A DNA stretch of 64,000 nucleotides from Candidatus Multivoradales bacterium (GCA_965223155.1 CBDCVR010000013.1:192001-256000); one strand, 5' to 3'; shown: positions 9,324 through 20,462, numbered from the stretch's first letter. Made by a program: numbers and translations. The notes: a model not told the origin generated them from the sequence alone.

Positions 9324-10706
9324 ATGCCGACGATCATCGAGCCGTTTCGGATCAAGTGCGTCGAGCCGATCACGCTGACGACCCGGGAGGAGCGCGAGGA
9401 GCTGCTGAAGAAGGCCGGCTACAACCTGTTTCGCCTGCCGGCTTCGGGAATTCTGATCGACCTTCTGACCGACAGCGGTACGGGCGCCATGAGTGCCGCG
9501 CAGTGGTCGGCCATGATGCGCGGCGACGAGTCGTATGCGGGGAGCGACAGCTTCGACCGGTTCGAGGCGGCGGTTCGGGACATCTTCGGCTTCGAGTACG
9601 TCATCCCGACCCATCAGGGCCGCGCTGCCGAGCGCATCCTGGCGGCTACGCTGTGCCGGCCGGGAGACGTGGTTCCCAACAACACCCATTTCGACACGAC
9701 CCGGGCGAATATCGAGGCCGCGGGTGCCGTGGCGCTGGATCTGCCCTGCGTAGAATCTCGGGACCTGGGCCGCGAGTATCCGTTCAAGGGCAACATCGAC
9801 CTCGAGGCCCTGGCTAAGGCGCTCGACGAGCACGCCGGCTCGGTGCCATTCGCGATGGTCACGGTCACCAACAACGGTGGTGGGGGACAGCCGGTGTCGA
9901 TGGCGAATCTCCGAGCCGCATCGGAGCTCTGCCGCAGGCGCGGCGTGCCGTTCTTCCTGGACGCGTGCCGCTTCGCCGAGAACGCCTATCTGATTCAACG
10001 GCGGGAGCCAGAGTACGCGGGGAGCTCGCTTCTCGAGATCGCGCGCGAGATGTTCTCGTGCGCCGACGGCTGCACCATGAGCGCCAAGAAGGACGGCATG
10101 GCCAACATCGGGGGCTTTCTGTGCACCAATGATGCTCAGGTAGCGGGCCAGGAGAAGGAACTCTTGATCCTGACCGAGGGTTTCCCGACCTATGGCGGCC
10201 TGGCGGGCCGGGATCTCGAGGCGGTCGCGGTGGGACTCTACGAGGCGCTGGACCCCGAGTATCAGAAGTATCGGCACGCCTCGATCCGCTACTTGGGCGA
10301 CCACATCGCGGCGGCTGGCGTTCCGATCGTCCAGCCGCCGGGCGGCCACGCGATCTATATCGACGCGGCCCGAGCCTTGCCACATCTGGAGCGCTCGGAG
10401 TTTCCCGGGCAGGCCCTCGCGATCGCGCTCTATCTCGAAGGGGGTATTCGGTCGGTGGAAATCGGCTCGGTCATGCTCGGCCGGCGCGATCCCGAGACCG
10501 GCGCCGAGCAGCCCGCCGAGCAGGAGTTGCTCCGTCTGGCGATTCCGCGGCGGGTCTACACCAAAAGCCAGACCGACTACGTGATCGAGACGATCCTGGC
10601 GGCGCTCGAAGCTCCGGAGACGATTCCGGGCGTGCGGATCGTCGAGCAGCCGGCGGCGCTCCGGCATTTCTCGGCGGCGTTCGCGCCGAACGTCGGAGCG
10701 GCCTAG
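9324..10706 (+). CDS. tnaA: Tryptophanase (PLP beta-eliminating lyase)
   Basis: EPFRIKCVEPI, IDLLTDSGT, MSAKKD (PLP Lys); Trpase-type HFDTT, RSVEIG and LRHF rather than tyrosine phenol-lyase residues. Confidence 0.9.
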   Translation: MPTIIEPFRIKCVEPITLTTREEREELLKKAGYNLFRLPASGILIDLLTDSGTGAMSAAQWSAMMRGDESYAGSDSFDRFEAAVRDIFGFEYVIPTHQGRAAERILAATLCRPGDVVPNNTHFDTTRANIEAAGAVALDLPCVESRDLGREYPFKGNIDLEALAKALDEHAGSVPFAMVTVTNNGGGGQPVSMANLRAASELCRRRGVPFFLDACRFAENAYLIQRREPEYAGSSLLEIAREMFSCADGCTMSAKKDGMANIGGFLCTNDAQVAGQEKELLILTEGFPTYGGLAGRDLEAVAVGLYEALDPEYQKYRHASIRYLGDHIAAAGVPIVQPPGGHAIYIDAARALPHLERSEFPGQALAIALYLEGGIRSVEIGSVMLGRRDPETGAEQPAEQELLRLAIPRRVYTKSQTDYVIETILAALEAPETIPGVRIVEQPAALRHFSAAFAPNVGAA

Positions 10707-10746
10707 GGCCTCGGCCGGACGCCGGCCCTGTCCCGCGTTCGCCCGG

Positions 10747-11571
10747 TCAGCCGAGGGCGACGTCGAGGATCATCATGACCACGAATCCGGCCACTAGGCC
10801 GAGGGTGGCGGCGTCGGCGTTGCCGGAGCTTTGGGCCTCGGGGACGACCTCCTCGACCACCACGAAGATCATGGCGCCGGCGGCGAAGGCGAGTGCGTAG
10901 GGCAGGATTGGCTGCCAGAGCGTGACCGCGGCGGCGCCGAGCACTCCGGCGACGGGTTCGACCGCGCCCGAGAGCTGACCGTAGAAGAAGCTCTTGGAGC
11001 GCGAGAAGCCTTCGCGGCGCAGCGGCATCGACACCGCCAGCCCTTCGGGGAAGTTTTGGATGCCGATGCCCAGGGCCAGGACCGTGGCGCCGGCCACCGT
11101 GGCCGAGTCAAGGCCATGGGCGGCGGCTCCGAAGGCGACGCCGACCGCGAGACCCTCGGGGATGTTGTGGAGGGTGATGGCCAGGACCAGTAGGGTCGTG
11201 CGCTCCAGATTCGTCGGGATGCCCTCGGCTGACTCGATCGGGGCCTTGAGATGGACGTGCGGGGTTACGAGATCGGCCAGGCGCAAGAAGAGAGCGCCGA
11301 GGCTGAAGCCCACGGCGGCTGGAAACCAGGTGGGTACCGCGAGCCCCGCCGACATCTCGATGGCCGGTGCCAGGAGAGACCAAAAGCTGGCGGCGATCAT
11401 CACTCCGCCGGTAAAGCCGAGCATGACGTCGAGCACCTTGCGGTTCTCTTGGCGGAGGAACCAGACCAAGGAGGCTCCGGCGGCGGTCAGCCCCCAAGTG
11501 AAGAGCGTTCCGACGAGCGCTTGGTGAACGGGCCCGAGCTCGAGGAAGCGCGACCAAAGCGAATCCACCAT
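10747..11571 (-). CDS. ZIP-family divalent metal transporter (ZupT/GufA)
   Basis: AITLHNIPEGLAVG, GIGIQNFPEG, multiple transmembrane helices. Confidence 0.92.
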   Translation of the reverse strand: MVDSLWSRFLELGPVHQALVGTLFTWGLTAAGASLVWFLRQENRKVLDVMLGFTGGVMIAASFWSLLAPAIEMSAGLAVPTWFPAAVGFSLGALFLRLADLVTPHVHLKAPIESAEGIPTNLERTTLLVLAITLHNIPEGLAVGVAFGAAAHGLDSATVAGATVLALGIGIQNFPEGLAVSMPLRREGFSRSKSFFYGQLSGAVEPVAGVLGAAAVTLWQPILPYALAFAAGAMIFVVVEEVVPEAQSSGNADAATLGLVAGFVVMMILDVALG

Positions 11572-11717
11572 CAACTCAGTCTACGAGCGTGGGCGGCGCG
11601 GCACAATCCGGGACGGCGGCCGGACCGGCGAGTCCGTCTGGCCGAGAGCAGCGAGTTGAAGGCGCGATGGGGGAGAGCGTCTCGTGCGCGCGCTTGGCGT
11701 TGAGCGCGAAGCCCGAA

Positions 11718-13028
11718 TCAGCCGGCCGGCATCGTGACGACGACTTCGTTGCCGAAGTTCGAGCGCTTGCCGGAAGCAACGGCTCGAATGCGGAACGCAT
11801 ACGTGACGCCGGGCTTGAGGCCGGTTACGACGAGGCGTTTGACGTTGGCCGAGGGTGAGGCGATGCGGCGGAAGCGCTTGGAGCCGCGCTTCATCTGAAC
11901 CTCGAAGCCGGTTTCGTTCTTGGAGCGGTCGCGCCAGCGCAGGCGAATCCGGGTTGGGCTCAAGACGCGGACTCGCAGCCGGCCAGGAGCCTTGATCGAC
12001 GGGCCGTCGTCGCCGCCGCCGTCGCCACCGCTGCCACCGGGGAGATCCGCGATTTGCACGAGAGTGGTGCCTTCGCCGCTGGCCGCGACGCGCGAGCCTC
12101 CAAGGATGTAGAACTTGCCGCGGAAGAGGACATGGCCGACGCCATGAAGAGCTTCCGGTGCGGGTTCGAGCAAGGTCCAGGCGTCGGCGGCCGGGTCGTA
12201 GCTCTGCAGTACGTTCGACACCGCGCCGCCACCGATGTCTTCGCCGCCGTAGGCGTAGATCTTTCCGTCGTGCACGCCAACCGCGTGGCCCGACGCGGGG
12301 GATTCCATCCGTGCGCCCTGCGTCCAGGTGTCGGAGACCGGGTCGTAGATCTGAGTGTCGTTGCGGTTGGCGAGGTTGTTGCGGCCGCCGACGACGTAGA
12401 TCTTGCCGCCCAGGACGCCGCCGAAGACATGCTCGCTGGCCCTGGGCAAGGGGGCCAGCTCCTCCCAGGAATCGGTGGCGGGATCGTAGACCTCGTGGGC
12501 GGTGACGGCGCCGCCCGTGATGATGCTCCGGGAGCCGCCGATGGCGTGGATCTTGCCGTTCCGAACCACGGTTGCCATGGCGGTTCGCGCGGTGGGCATC
12601 GCTGCGCCCTCGGACCAAGTTTCGGTCGCGGGGTCAAAGATCTGGAGTGTCGAGCTCGCGAGCCCGGTACCGGCCACCACGTAGAGCTTGCCCTGGACGG
12701 CGACGACGCCGGCATGATGGGTGCCGGTCGGGAGGTCGGGCCCCACGCTCCAGCGGCCGGCCGCGGGATCGAAGATCAGGAGAGCGTGCTCATTCTCTTC
12801 CAGGAAGCCGCCCGCCGCGTAGATCTTGCCGCCGATGACGGCGGCTCCGAACTCGGAGTTCGCGATCGGCATCTCCGGTCCGAACGACCAGGTCACCGGC
12901 TGAGCCGCCGTAGGTCCAGGAGCGACGAGGAGGAAGAGGAAGAGTCCCGTCAGAAGGCCGATGAGGTGTTTGGCGATACGGGTGGTTGGAAGGCGCATGA
13001 CGTCTGGGTGGCGCAAGTGCAGTGCCAT
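11718..13028 (-). CDS. Secreted Kelch-repeat beta-propeller with C-terminal fibronectin type III domain
   Basis: Signal peptide; about six GKIY..GG....YDP....W repeats; WRDRSKNETGF...GLKPGVTYAFRIRA FN3. Alternative start 12998. Confidence 0.85.
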   Translation of the reverse strand: MALHLRHPDVMRLPTTRIAKHLIGLLTGLFLFLLVAPGPTAAQPVTWSFGPEMPIANSEFGAAVIGGKIYAAGGFLEENEHALLIFDPAAGRWSVGPDLPTGTHHAGVVAVQGKLYVVAGTGLASSTLQIFDPATETWSEGAAMPTARTAMATVVRNGKIHAIGGSRSIITGGAVTAHEVYDPATDSWEELAPLPRASEHVFGGVLGGKIYVVGGRNNLANRNDTQIYDPVSDTWTQGARMESPASGHAVGVHDGKIYAYGGEDIGGGAVSNVLQSYDPAADAWTLLEPAPEALHGVGHVLFRGKFYILGGSRVAASGEGTTLVQIADLPGGSGGDGGGDDGPSIKAPGRLRVRVLSPTRIRLRWRDRSKNETGFEVQMKRGSKRFRRIASPSANVKRLVVTGLKPGVTYAFRIRAVASGKRSNFGNEVVVTMPAG

Positions 13029-13263
13029 CGGGGGCGTGCCGCGAATCCTCGAGTGACGGAGCCTGGCAGAGCGGGCCCTTCTGGGGTGGCCGGGGTGACG
13101 GCGCCGGGCTGGGCCCGGAGTCCCGATCCGGTTCGCCGGACAGAGCGGTTCAAGACACTGAAGTTGGTAGCGGGAGACGCCGAGGACCAGACGAGGCCCG
13201 GATCGATGACACCCGGCGAGCCGCCGTGCGATGGATCCGCAGGGTCCGGTGGGCGGAGACCGG

Positions 13264-14871
13264 CTAGGGACCCTGAAGGACCTTGAGCGGGCCGGACACA
13301 GCCGGCGGCGGCGAAGCCGCGACCGGCACCGAGGCGCCGGCTTCGCCCAGGCGCGGCTCCCAGAACTGCCCGGCCTCGTAGAGACACCGGATCTGGGCGT
13401 ACTGGAAAAGGGCCCGCATGACCGGCTCCTCGGACTCGGGCTTGTTCCGAACGGCCGCCCGGACCGTGTTCCACATGGCCTTTTCCTCGTCGCCGCGCTG
13501 CACCATGCGCATGACCACGGCCACGGCCTCGGCGTCCACGGGGCGCATCTGACGGCGGACGGCGCCGGCCTTGCCGGCCAGCGCGCCGCGGCGCGGGCCG
13601 AGCGCTTCGATCATGTTGAGGACTCGCTGGGTGAAGTTCTCGGGCGAGTAGAGCTGGTTGCCCAGCCACTTGAGGCCGTCGAAGAGTTGCTCGCGGCTCA
13701 TCTGGTTGGGGATGACGTTGGTATCCCAGGGAGAGCCCGCGGTCTCCGAGCCCTCGACCAGGCGGCCGCCGGTCTCCATGCGTTCGTGAAGTGGCGTGGC
13801 CTCGGGAGCCACCAGCGCTCCGACGGTGAAGGTCGGCACCGGTGCCGCCATGGCGAAGTCGAATTGGGTCTGGAAGATGTCGAGGCCGTCCGAGTCGAAG
13901 CCGACGATCATGCCGCCCTGAACGGCGACTCCGTGGTCCAGGAAGACCTCGATCTGCTCGTGCAGGTCGAGCTTCAGGTTCTGCCGCTTCTTGGTCTCCT
14001 TGAGAGCCTCGGGATTGGGTGTTTCGATGCCGATGAAGACGTTGAGGAGGCCGGCGCGCGCCAGCAGGTCCATCAGCTCGGGATCCCGGGCAGCGTCGAT
14101 GGATACCTGGGTGCTGAAGGACATCGGGCCCTCGGGACGGTTCAGGTTCCACTCGGCGACGGCCGCCAGGATCTCTTTGGCCCGCTTGCGATAGACGGTC
14201 AGATTGTCATCGGCTAGGAAGACCTCGCGATAGCCGATGTCGTAGAGGACGTCGAGCTCGGCCAGGATCTGATCCACCGGCTTGTGCCGCTGCTTGCGGC
14301 CCAGATACTGGATGACGTCGCAGAACTCGCACTCGAAAGGACAGCCGCGCGAGGTCTGGACGCAGCCGCTCAGGGCCCGGTCGTTGGGGTAGAGGTCCCA
14401 GCGCGGCAGGGGCGAGGTGGAGAGCTCGGGCTGGGTGCCGGTGTACTCCTCCTGCCAGTCGCCGCGTTCGAGGTCGGCGAAGAAGTCCGCGGCGATGCCC
14501 TCGAACTCGCCCACCACCAGAATGTCGCAATGCCCGCGCATTCGGCCCGGTGAGAGTGACGCGTAGGGCCCGCCGATGATGACGGTCTTGCCCCGGTTAC
14601 GGAACTCCGCCGCGAGCTCCAGCATCCGGGTGCCCTGAGTGATCTTGCCCGTGATGCCGATGAAGTCGGCGTCGGTGTCCAGATCGACCGGCTGGATGTA
14701 CTCGTCGCAGAGCTCGACCCGCCAGTCCTCAGGGGCGAAGGCGGCGATCGTCGTGACCGCCAGGTCGGCGATCGAATGCGCCGGTTCGAGCCCGAAGTGC
14801 TGAAACGCCTCGGCGCCGAAATAGCTTGGATAGAGCGATCGTGGATTGATGAGATACAGGCTTTTCGCCAT
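13264..14871 (-). CDS. B12-binding radical SAM protein (HpnP/DUF4070-like)
   Basis: GGPYASL B12-binding region; QTSRGCPFECEFC; DDNL; FIGIETP; GGMIVGFD. Confidence 0.88.
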   Translation of the reverse strand: MAKSLYLINPRSLYPSYFGAEAFQHFGLEPAHSIADLAVTTIAAFAPEDWRVELCDEYIQPVDLDTDADFIGITGKITQGTRMLELAAEFRNRGKTVIIGGPYASLSPGRMRGHCDILVVGEFEGIAADFFADLERGDWQEEYTGTQPELSTSPLPRWDLYPNDRALSGCVQTSRGCPFECEFCDVIQYLGRKQRHKPVDQILAELDVLYDIGYREVFLADDNLTVYRKRAKEILAAVAEWNLNRPEGPMSFSTQVSIDAARDPELMDLLARAGLLNVFIGIETPNPEALKETKKRQNLKLDLHEQIEVFLDHGVAVQGGMIVGFDSDGLDIFQTQFDFAMAAPVPTFTVGALVAPEATPLHERMETGGRLVEGSETAGSPWDTNVIPNQMSREQLFDGLKWLGNQLYSPENFTQRVLNMIEALGPRRGALAGKAGAVRRQMRPVDAEAVAVVMRMVQRGDEEKAMWNTVRAAVRNKPESEEPVMRALFQYAQIRCLYEAGQFWEPRLGEAGASVPVAASPPPAVSGPLKVLQGP

Positions 14872-14948
14872 GGGCTCTCCCGGCTGCCCTCGAGTGACGT
14901 TGAAGCTCGGATGCTGGTCCGATGAAGTCTACTACGAGGGCGTTTCGG

Positions 14949-15452
14949 TCACTGGGAGCGGTAATTGGTGAACTGCATGTCGATGCCCAAGTCGCGCTCC
15001 TTGAGCAGAGCGATGACCTGTTGCAGGGTGTCCCGGTCCTTGCCCGAGACCCGCACCAGATCGCCCTGGATCGAGGTCTGAACCTTGAGCTTCTCGTTCT
15101 TGATGATCTTGACGATCTCCTTGGCCTTCTCGGTCGGGATGCCCTGCTGGAGTGTTACTTCCTGCCGGACCGTGCCCTTTGCGGCCGGCTCGATCACGCC
15201 GTAGGCGAGCGCCTTCAGGGACACGCCCCGGCGCACCAACTTCTGTTGCAGAATTTGATTGACCGCCCCGAGCTTGTACTCGTCCGCCGAGCTCAGGGTC
15301 AGCCGATGCTCCTTGTCGTGGAATTCGATGCCGGAGCCCGTGCCTTTGAGATCGAATCGTTGCAGGATCTCCTTCATTGCTTGATTGACGGAGTTGGCGA
15401 CCTCGGCCAGGTCCACGTTGGAGGCGATGTCGAAAGAATTTTGCTTGGCCAT
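14949..15452 (-). CDS. yajQ: YajQ-family nucleotide/c-di-GMP-binding protein
   Basis: SFDIASNVD, QRFDLKGT, IQGDLVRVSGKDRDTLQ, QFTNYR. Confidence 0.93.
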   Translation of the reverse strand: MAKQNSFDIASNVDLAEVANSVNQAMKEILQRFDLKGTGSGIEFHDKEHRLTLSSADEYKLGAVNQILQQKLVRRGVSLKALAYGVIEPAAKGTVRQEVTLQQGIPTEKAKEIVKIIKNEKLKVQTSIQGDLVRVSGKDRDTLQQVIALLKERDLGIDMQFTNYRSQ

Positions 15453-15470
15453 GAAGTCGTCCTTTCCGGC

Positions 15471-16385
15471 CTATGGGTCCAGGCTACGGAGATTGTTCAA
15501 GGTAACGGTGGAGACGTGTCGCATTCGAGACCGAACGAAGTCCGGGGTGATCGAGTCTACCGACTGATTGGGCCCGTCGATGCCGAAATTCTCCTGGTCG
15601 AACACCAGGATACCGGCCGCCCGCCGGAAGTTGGTGAGCCTTCGGAAGCGTAAGCCGCCGCCGCTCCGCAGGTAGCTGTAGGCGAAGAGCTCGAGGCGGG
15701 CCGTTTGCGGATCGAACCAGAAGGTGAACTCGTCGTCCGCGTCGGTGCTCGAGCCCGGAGTGAAGGTCACCTTGACGCGGTGGAGGCGCTGCCCGTCCCA
15801 GTCTTCGATCCCCAGGTCCTCTTTCCAGACGCCCGGGTCGTTCAGCTTGTAGGGCAAGAAGGTGAAGTAGACGCGCTGCATCACCCAATCGGTGAGACGG
15901 GCGGCGCGGTCGGCGTCGACCGGGCGGCGCTGGCCGTCGAGGAATTCCTCGACCCGATCGTTGGTGACCCGAGCGCGGCGGATGGCACCCGTGCCGGTCT
16001 CGGCTTCGACCCGGTAGTCGAAGAGGCCGCCTCGCCGATCCACCTCGAGGCGGGCGCAGCCGGACTTGGAGCAGAGATCGAGCGCGAGCGAGCTGTTCTC
16101 GTACCGGGGGCCGCCATGAAAGGCGATCGAGCGATCCACGACGTCGAGACGGGACACCGGCGCCGAAGCGGCCAACGCGGCCGGCCGGCCCGGCCGAGCC
16201 GGTGGCTCGGTGCCGGAGCAGGCCGCGGTCGCGACTCCGAAGACCAGGCCGAGGACTATCGCTGGCAGGCTAGGCGGGCTCTTGAAGCCCCTGCTGGGTC
16301 GATCATCCGGAACTCGGCCGGCTCGAGCCCGGCCGGCCCAAGCCCGGTTAGCCCGGGCCAGGGACGATCCGTGCGAGGACGTCAA
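15471..16385 (-). CDS. Hypothetical lipoprotein (DUF6503-like)
   Basis: Hydrophobic stretch ending TAAC; IAFHGG, YFTFLPYKLNDPGV motifs; start uncertain. Confidence 0.65.
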   Translation of the reverse strand: MTSSHGSSLARANRAWAGRARAGRVPDDRPSRGFKSPPSLPAIVLGLVFGVATAACSGTEPPARPGRPAALAASAPVSRLDVVDRSIAFHGGPRYENSSLALDLCSKSGCARLEVDRRGGLFDYRVEAETGTGAIRRARVTNDRVEEFLDGQRRPVDADRAARLTDWVMQRVYFTFLPYKLNDPGVWKEDLGIEDWDGQRLHRVKVTFTPGSSTDADDEFTFWFDPQTARLELFAYSYLRSGGGLRFRRLTNFRRAAGILVFDQENFGIDGPNQSVDSITPDFVRSRMRHVSTVTLNNLRSLDP

Positions 16386-16406
16386 GAGCCGCGCCGTCCG
16401 CGTTGG

Positions 16407-17237
<831 letters not shown>

Positions 17238-17278
17238 AGCGCGTGGAAACTATCATGGTGTTCTACGGAACGCCCGAC

Positions 17279-18532
17279 GTGCGAGACGACCCTACCAACC
17301 GCCCGGATCCGCTCGGAATCCAGGAATCCTCGGACTCCGGCCGCTCTCCGGCAACGCCGTCGAGTCGGGCCTCCGGCGCGGCCGAGCAATGGATTCGAGA
17401 GGCCGCCCTCGAGCTGGGATTCGACGAGGTCGGCTTTGCCCGTCTCGACAGGCCGGCGACGTCGGGAGCGTTTCTGGACTGGCTGGCTACCGGGCGGAAC
17501 GCCGGTATGGCGTATCTCGAGCGCTGGGTGGAGAAGAGGTTGGATCCCAAGCTGGTGCTGCCCGGTGCTCGAAGCGCCGTGTGCGTGGCGCAGCGCTACG
17601 TTGCCTCGCCGGCGGACGCGGTAGACGGCGAAGGCTCGCCGGGCACCGAGAGCGCCGGATCGAGCGAGCCTCTCCGGGTGGCCCGGTACGCTCGTGGCGG
17701 CGACTACCACGACTCGATGCTGGAGCGCTTGCAGCGGTTGGAGGAGCGGTTGCGTGGGCGCTTTCCAGAGGCACGGACCCGTCGCTACGTGGACACCGGG
17801 CCGGTCCTGGAGCGGGATCTCGCGTACCGGGCAGGGCTGGGCGCATTCGGCAAGAACACGAATCTGCTGCACCCCGAGCTGGGGTCGTGGTTTCTACTGG
17901 GCGAGGTCTTGACCACGCTGGAGTTGACTCCGGGAGACCCGGTTGCCGATTTGTGCGGCTCGTGCACGGCTTGTCTCGATGCCTGTCCCACCGGGGCGCT
18001 GCCCGAACCCTTCGTCCTCGACGCCAATCGGTGCATCAGTTTCTGGACGATCGAGCACCGGGGGGCGATTCCCGAGCCGGTGCGCGGCGATCTCGCCGGC
18101 TGGCTCTTTGGTTGCGACATCTGTCAGGAGGTCTGTCCGATGAACGCGGCTGCCACGCCGGCGCCGGTGCGGTCCGAGCTTCAGCCCGGCGCCGCCGTTG
18201 CCGGCCTGACCCTGGGTGGCCTCTTGCGCCTCGACCGCGAGGCCTACGTCGAGCGCTTCCGGGGCAGCCCGATGAAGCGAGCCAAGCTCGCCGGGTTGAA
18301 GCGGAACGCGGCTCTGGCCATGGCGGCCACCGGGGACCTGCGCTACGTCCAGGTGCTGGGAGAGGGGCTGGCCGACGCGGAAGCCGAGGTGCGGCAGACT
18401 TGTGCCTGGGCTTTGGCGAGGCTAGGAGGGGACGCGGCCAGGGGTTTCCTCGAGGCCAGGCGCGAGTCCGAAGCCGACCCGATGGTGCGGATCGAGATCC
18501 ACCAAGCGCTCGAAACTTCCGGGATTTCTTGA
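17279..18532 (+). CDS. queG: Epoxyqueuosine reductase
   Basis: RYARGGDYH, VDTGPVLER, CGSCTACLDACPTGA, FGCDICQEVCP, C-terminal HEAT-like repeats; start uncertain (17243-17279). Confidence 0.92.
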   Translation: MRDDPTNRPDPLGIQESSDSGRSPATPSSRASGAAEQWIREAALELGFDEVGFARLDRPATSGAFLDWLATGRNAGMAYLERWVEKRLDPKLVLPGARSAVCVAQRYVASPADAVDGEGSPGTESAGSSEPLRVARYARGGDYHDSMLERLQRLEERLRGRFPEARTRRYVDTGPVLERDLAYRAGLGAFGKNTNLLHPELGSWFLLGEVLTTLELTPGDPVADLCGSCTACLDACPTGALPEPFVLDANRCISFWTIEHRGAIPEPVRGDLAGWLFGCDICQEVCPMNAAATPAPVRSELQPGAAVAGLTLGGLLRLDREAYVERFRGSPMKRAKLAGLKRNAALAMAATGDLRYVQVLGEGLADAEAEVRQTCAWALARLGGDAARGFLEARRESEADPMVRIEIHQALETSGIS

Positions 18533-18558
18533 CACTCTCGAAAACCCCCGCCTATACT
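18529..18558 (+). promoter_or_regulatory. Sigma70 promoter of the rpsA operon
   Basis: TTGACA (18529-18534), 18 nt spacer, TATACT (18553-18558); SD AGGAGG at 18647-18652. Confidence 0.75.
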
Positions 18559-18662
18559 CCGAAGCCCCGAGTTCCCAGGCACTTAGCGAAGCTCGGTGCC
18601 CCCGCGTCAGCGGAGGGCGACAGGCCACGGGCCTGATCAAGACACCAGGAGGTATTGGTTTC

Positions 18663-20462
18663 ATGCACCCGACCGAAGAACGGCAGGAGTCGACCGACGT
18701 CGACATGCCGAGCGCGGCCAACTCAGAGGAAACCGGCGAAGCTCAAGCCGCCGGCGACGACATGAGCTACGAGGATCTGGCCGCAATGTACGACGCGAGC
18801 ATGCGTCATTTGAGCGAAGGCGAGATCATCAAAGGGACCGTCATTGAGCTGACGGCCAACGACGCGGTAATCGACGTCGGCTACAAGTCCGAGGGGCTGG
18901 TTCCCCTGCACGAATTTTCGACCCGGGACGGAGATATTTCCGTACAGCCGGGCGACGAGGTCGAGGTTCTGCTCGAGAGGGCCGAGGACGTCGAAGGCCA
19001 CGTCTTGCTATCCAAGCGCAAGGCCGAGCGCATGCGCGTCTGGGCCGACGTGGAGCGCAGCTATAACGCCAGCGAGGTCATCAAGGGCCGCGTGCTGGAT
19101 CGAATCAAGGGCGGCCTGACCGTCGACATTGGCATCCGCGCGTTCCTGCCGGGCTCGCTGGTCGACATCCGGCCCATCAAGAATCTGGAGTCGCTTTGCG
19201 GCGAGGAGCTTGAGTTCAAGGTCATCAGCATGGACCGGCGACGCAACAACGTCGTCCTGTCCCGCAAGGCTGTGCTTGAGAAGGAATTCGCCGCCAAGAA
19301 GAAGGAGACCTTGAACAGCCTCGAGGAGGGGCTGCGGATTCAAGGCGTGGTCAAGAACATCACCGACTACGGTGCCTTCGTGGATCTGGGCGGCGTGGAT
19401 GGGTTGCTACACATCACCGACATCTCGTGGGGCCGGGTCAACCACCCGTCCGAGCACTTCAGCGTGGGGGACGAGGTGGAGGTCGTGGTGCTCAAGTTCG
19501 ATCCGGAGACCGAGCGGGTCTCCCTCGGCTACAAGCAGCGTGGCGAAGATCCCTGGAACCTGGTCGACAAGAAGTACCCGCTGGGCGCCCGCGTGCGCGG
19601 CAAGGTCGTGAGCCTGGTTGACTACGGCGCGTTCGTCGAGCTCGAGGACGGCGTCGAGGGCTTGGTCCACGTCAGCGAGATGTCCTGGACCAAGAAGGTC
19701 TTGAATCCGTCGAGCGTGCTCGAGGTGGGCGACGAGGTCGAGGCCATCGTCTCGGAGCTGGATCTCGGCCAGCGGCGGATCAGCCTGTCCTTGCGTCAGG
19801 CCGAGCGCAATCCGTGGGAGGAGCTGGCTGTCAGCCACCCGATCGGATCGGTGGTCGAGGGCGAGGTCCGGAACCTCACGGAGTTCGGCGCCTTCGTTCA
19901 TATCACCGAAGAGATCGACGGTCTGGTCCACGTCTCGGACATGAGCTGGACCAAGCGGGTTCAGCATCCGGGCGAGGTTTTGACCAAGGGCGACAAGGTC
20001 AAGGCCAGGATCACCGGCATCGACGTCGAGAACCAGCGCGTGTCGCTGTCGATCAAGGAGTTCATGCCCAACGCTTGGGACGATTTCATCGGCGAACACA
20101 AAGTCGGCGACACCATTACCGGCAAGGTCGTCAACGTCACGGACTTCGGCCTCTTCGTCGAGATCGACGACGGACTTGAAGGTCTTGCCCACGTCAGCGA
20201 GATCGACGTCGATGGCGGCTCGTTGGTCGGGGCGTTCGAGCTGGGACAATGGGTCTCCGCCCGCATCCTGCGAATCGAGGACGACGACCACAAGATTGGT
20301 TTGACCATGCGAGGTGTCTCGCAGCCGAGCGAGGACGAGATCGCCGAGTTGGAGGCGCAAGACAGCGCCGACTCGGCAGTCGAAGCCGACGCGGCCGAGT
20401 CCGAGGAGATCGATTCCGAGGATGCTGCCGTTGATTCGGCAGTGGCGGGGGAAGAGGAATAG
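18663..20462 (+). CDS. rpsA: 30S ribosomal protein S1
   Basis: Tandem S1 domains: DVGYKSEG, KNITDYGAFVDLGGVDGLLHITDISW, EGLVHVSEMSW. Confidence 0.97.
   Translation: MHPTEERQESTDVDMPSAANSEETGEAQAAGDDMSYEDLAAMYDASMRHLSEGEIIKGTVIELTANDAVIDVGYKSEGLVPLHEFSTRDGDISVQPGDEVEVLLERAEDVEGHVLLSKRKAERMRVWADVERSYNASEVIKGRVLDRIKGGLTVDIGIRAFLPGSLVDIRPIKNLESLCGEELEFKVISMDRRRNNVVLSRKAVLEKEFAAKKKETLNSLEEGLRIQGVVKNITDYGAFVDLGGVDGLLHITDISWGRVNHPSEHFSVGDEVEVVVLKFDPETERVSLGYKQRGEDPWNLVDKKYPLGARVRGKVVSLVDYGAFVELEDGVEGLVHVSEMSWTKKVLNPSSVLEVGDEVEAIVSELDLGQRRISLSLRQAERNPWEELAVSHPIGSVVEGEVRNLTEFGAFVHITEEIDGLVHVSDMSWTKRVQHPGEVLTKGDKVKARITGIDVENQRVSLSIKEFMPNAWDDFIGEHKVGDTITGKVVNVTDFGLFVEIDDGLEGLAHVSEIDVDGGSLVGAFELGQWVSARILRIEDDDHKIGLTMRGVSQPSEDEIAELEAQDSADSAVEADAAESEEIDSEDAAVDSAVAGEEE

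Noticed and set aside
8638-9378. 246-aa ORF as an intact gene
   Set aside because: It starts inside the GxGxS motif after an in-frame stop, and its tail is frameshifted into tnaA; treated as a pseudogene.
9324-10706. Tyrosine phenol-lyase assignment and a tnaC-type leader
   Set aside because: Specificity residues match tryptophanase; no leader peptide is recognisable upstream.
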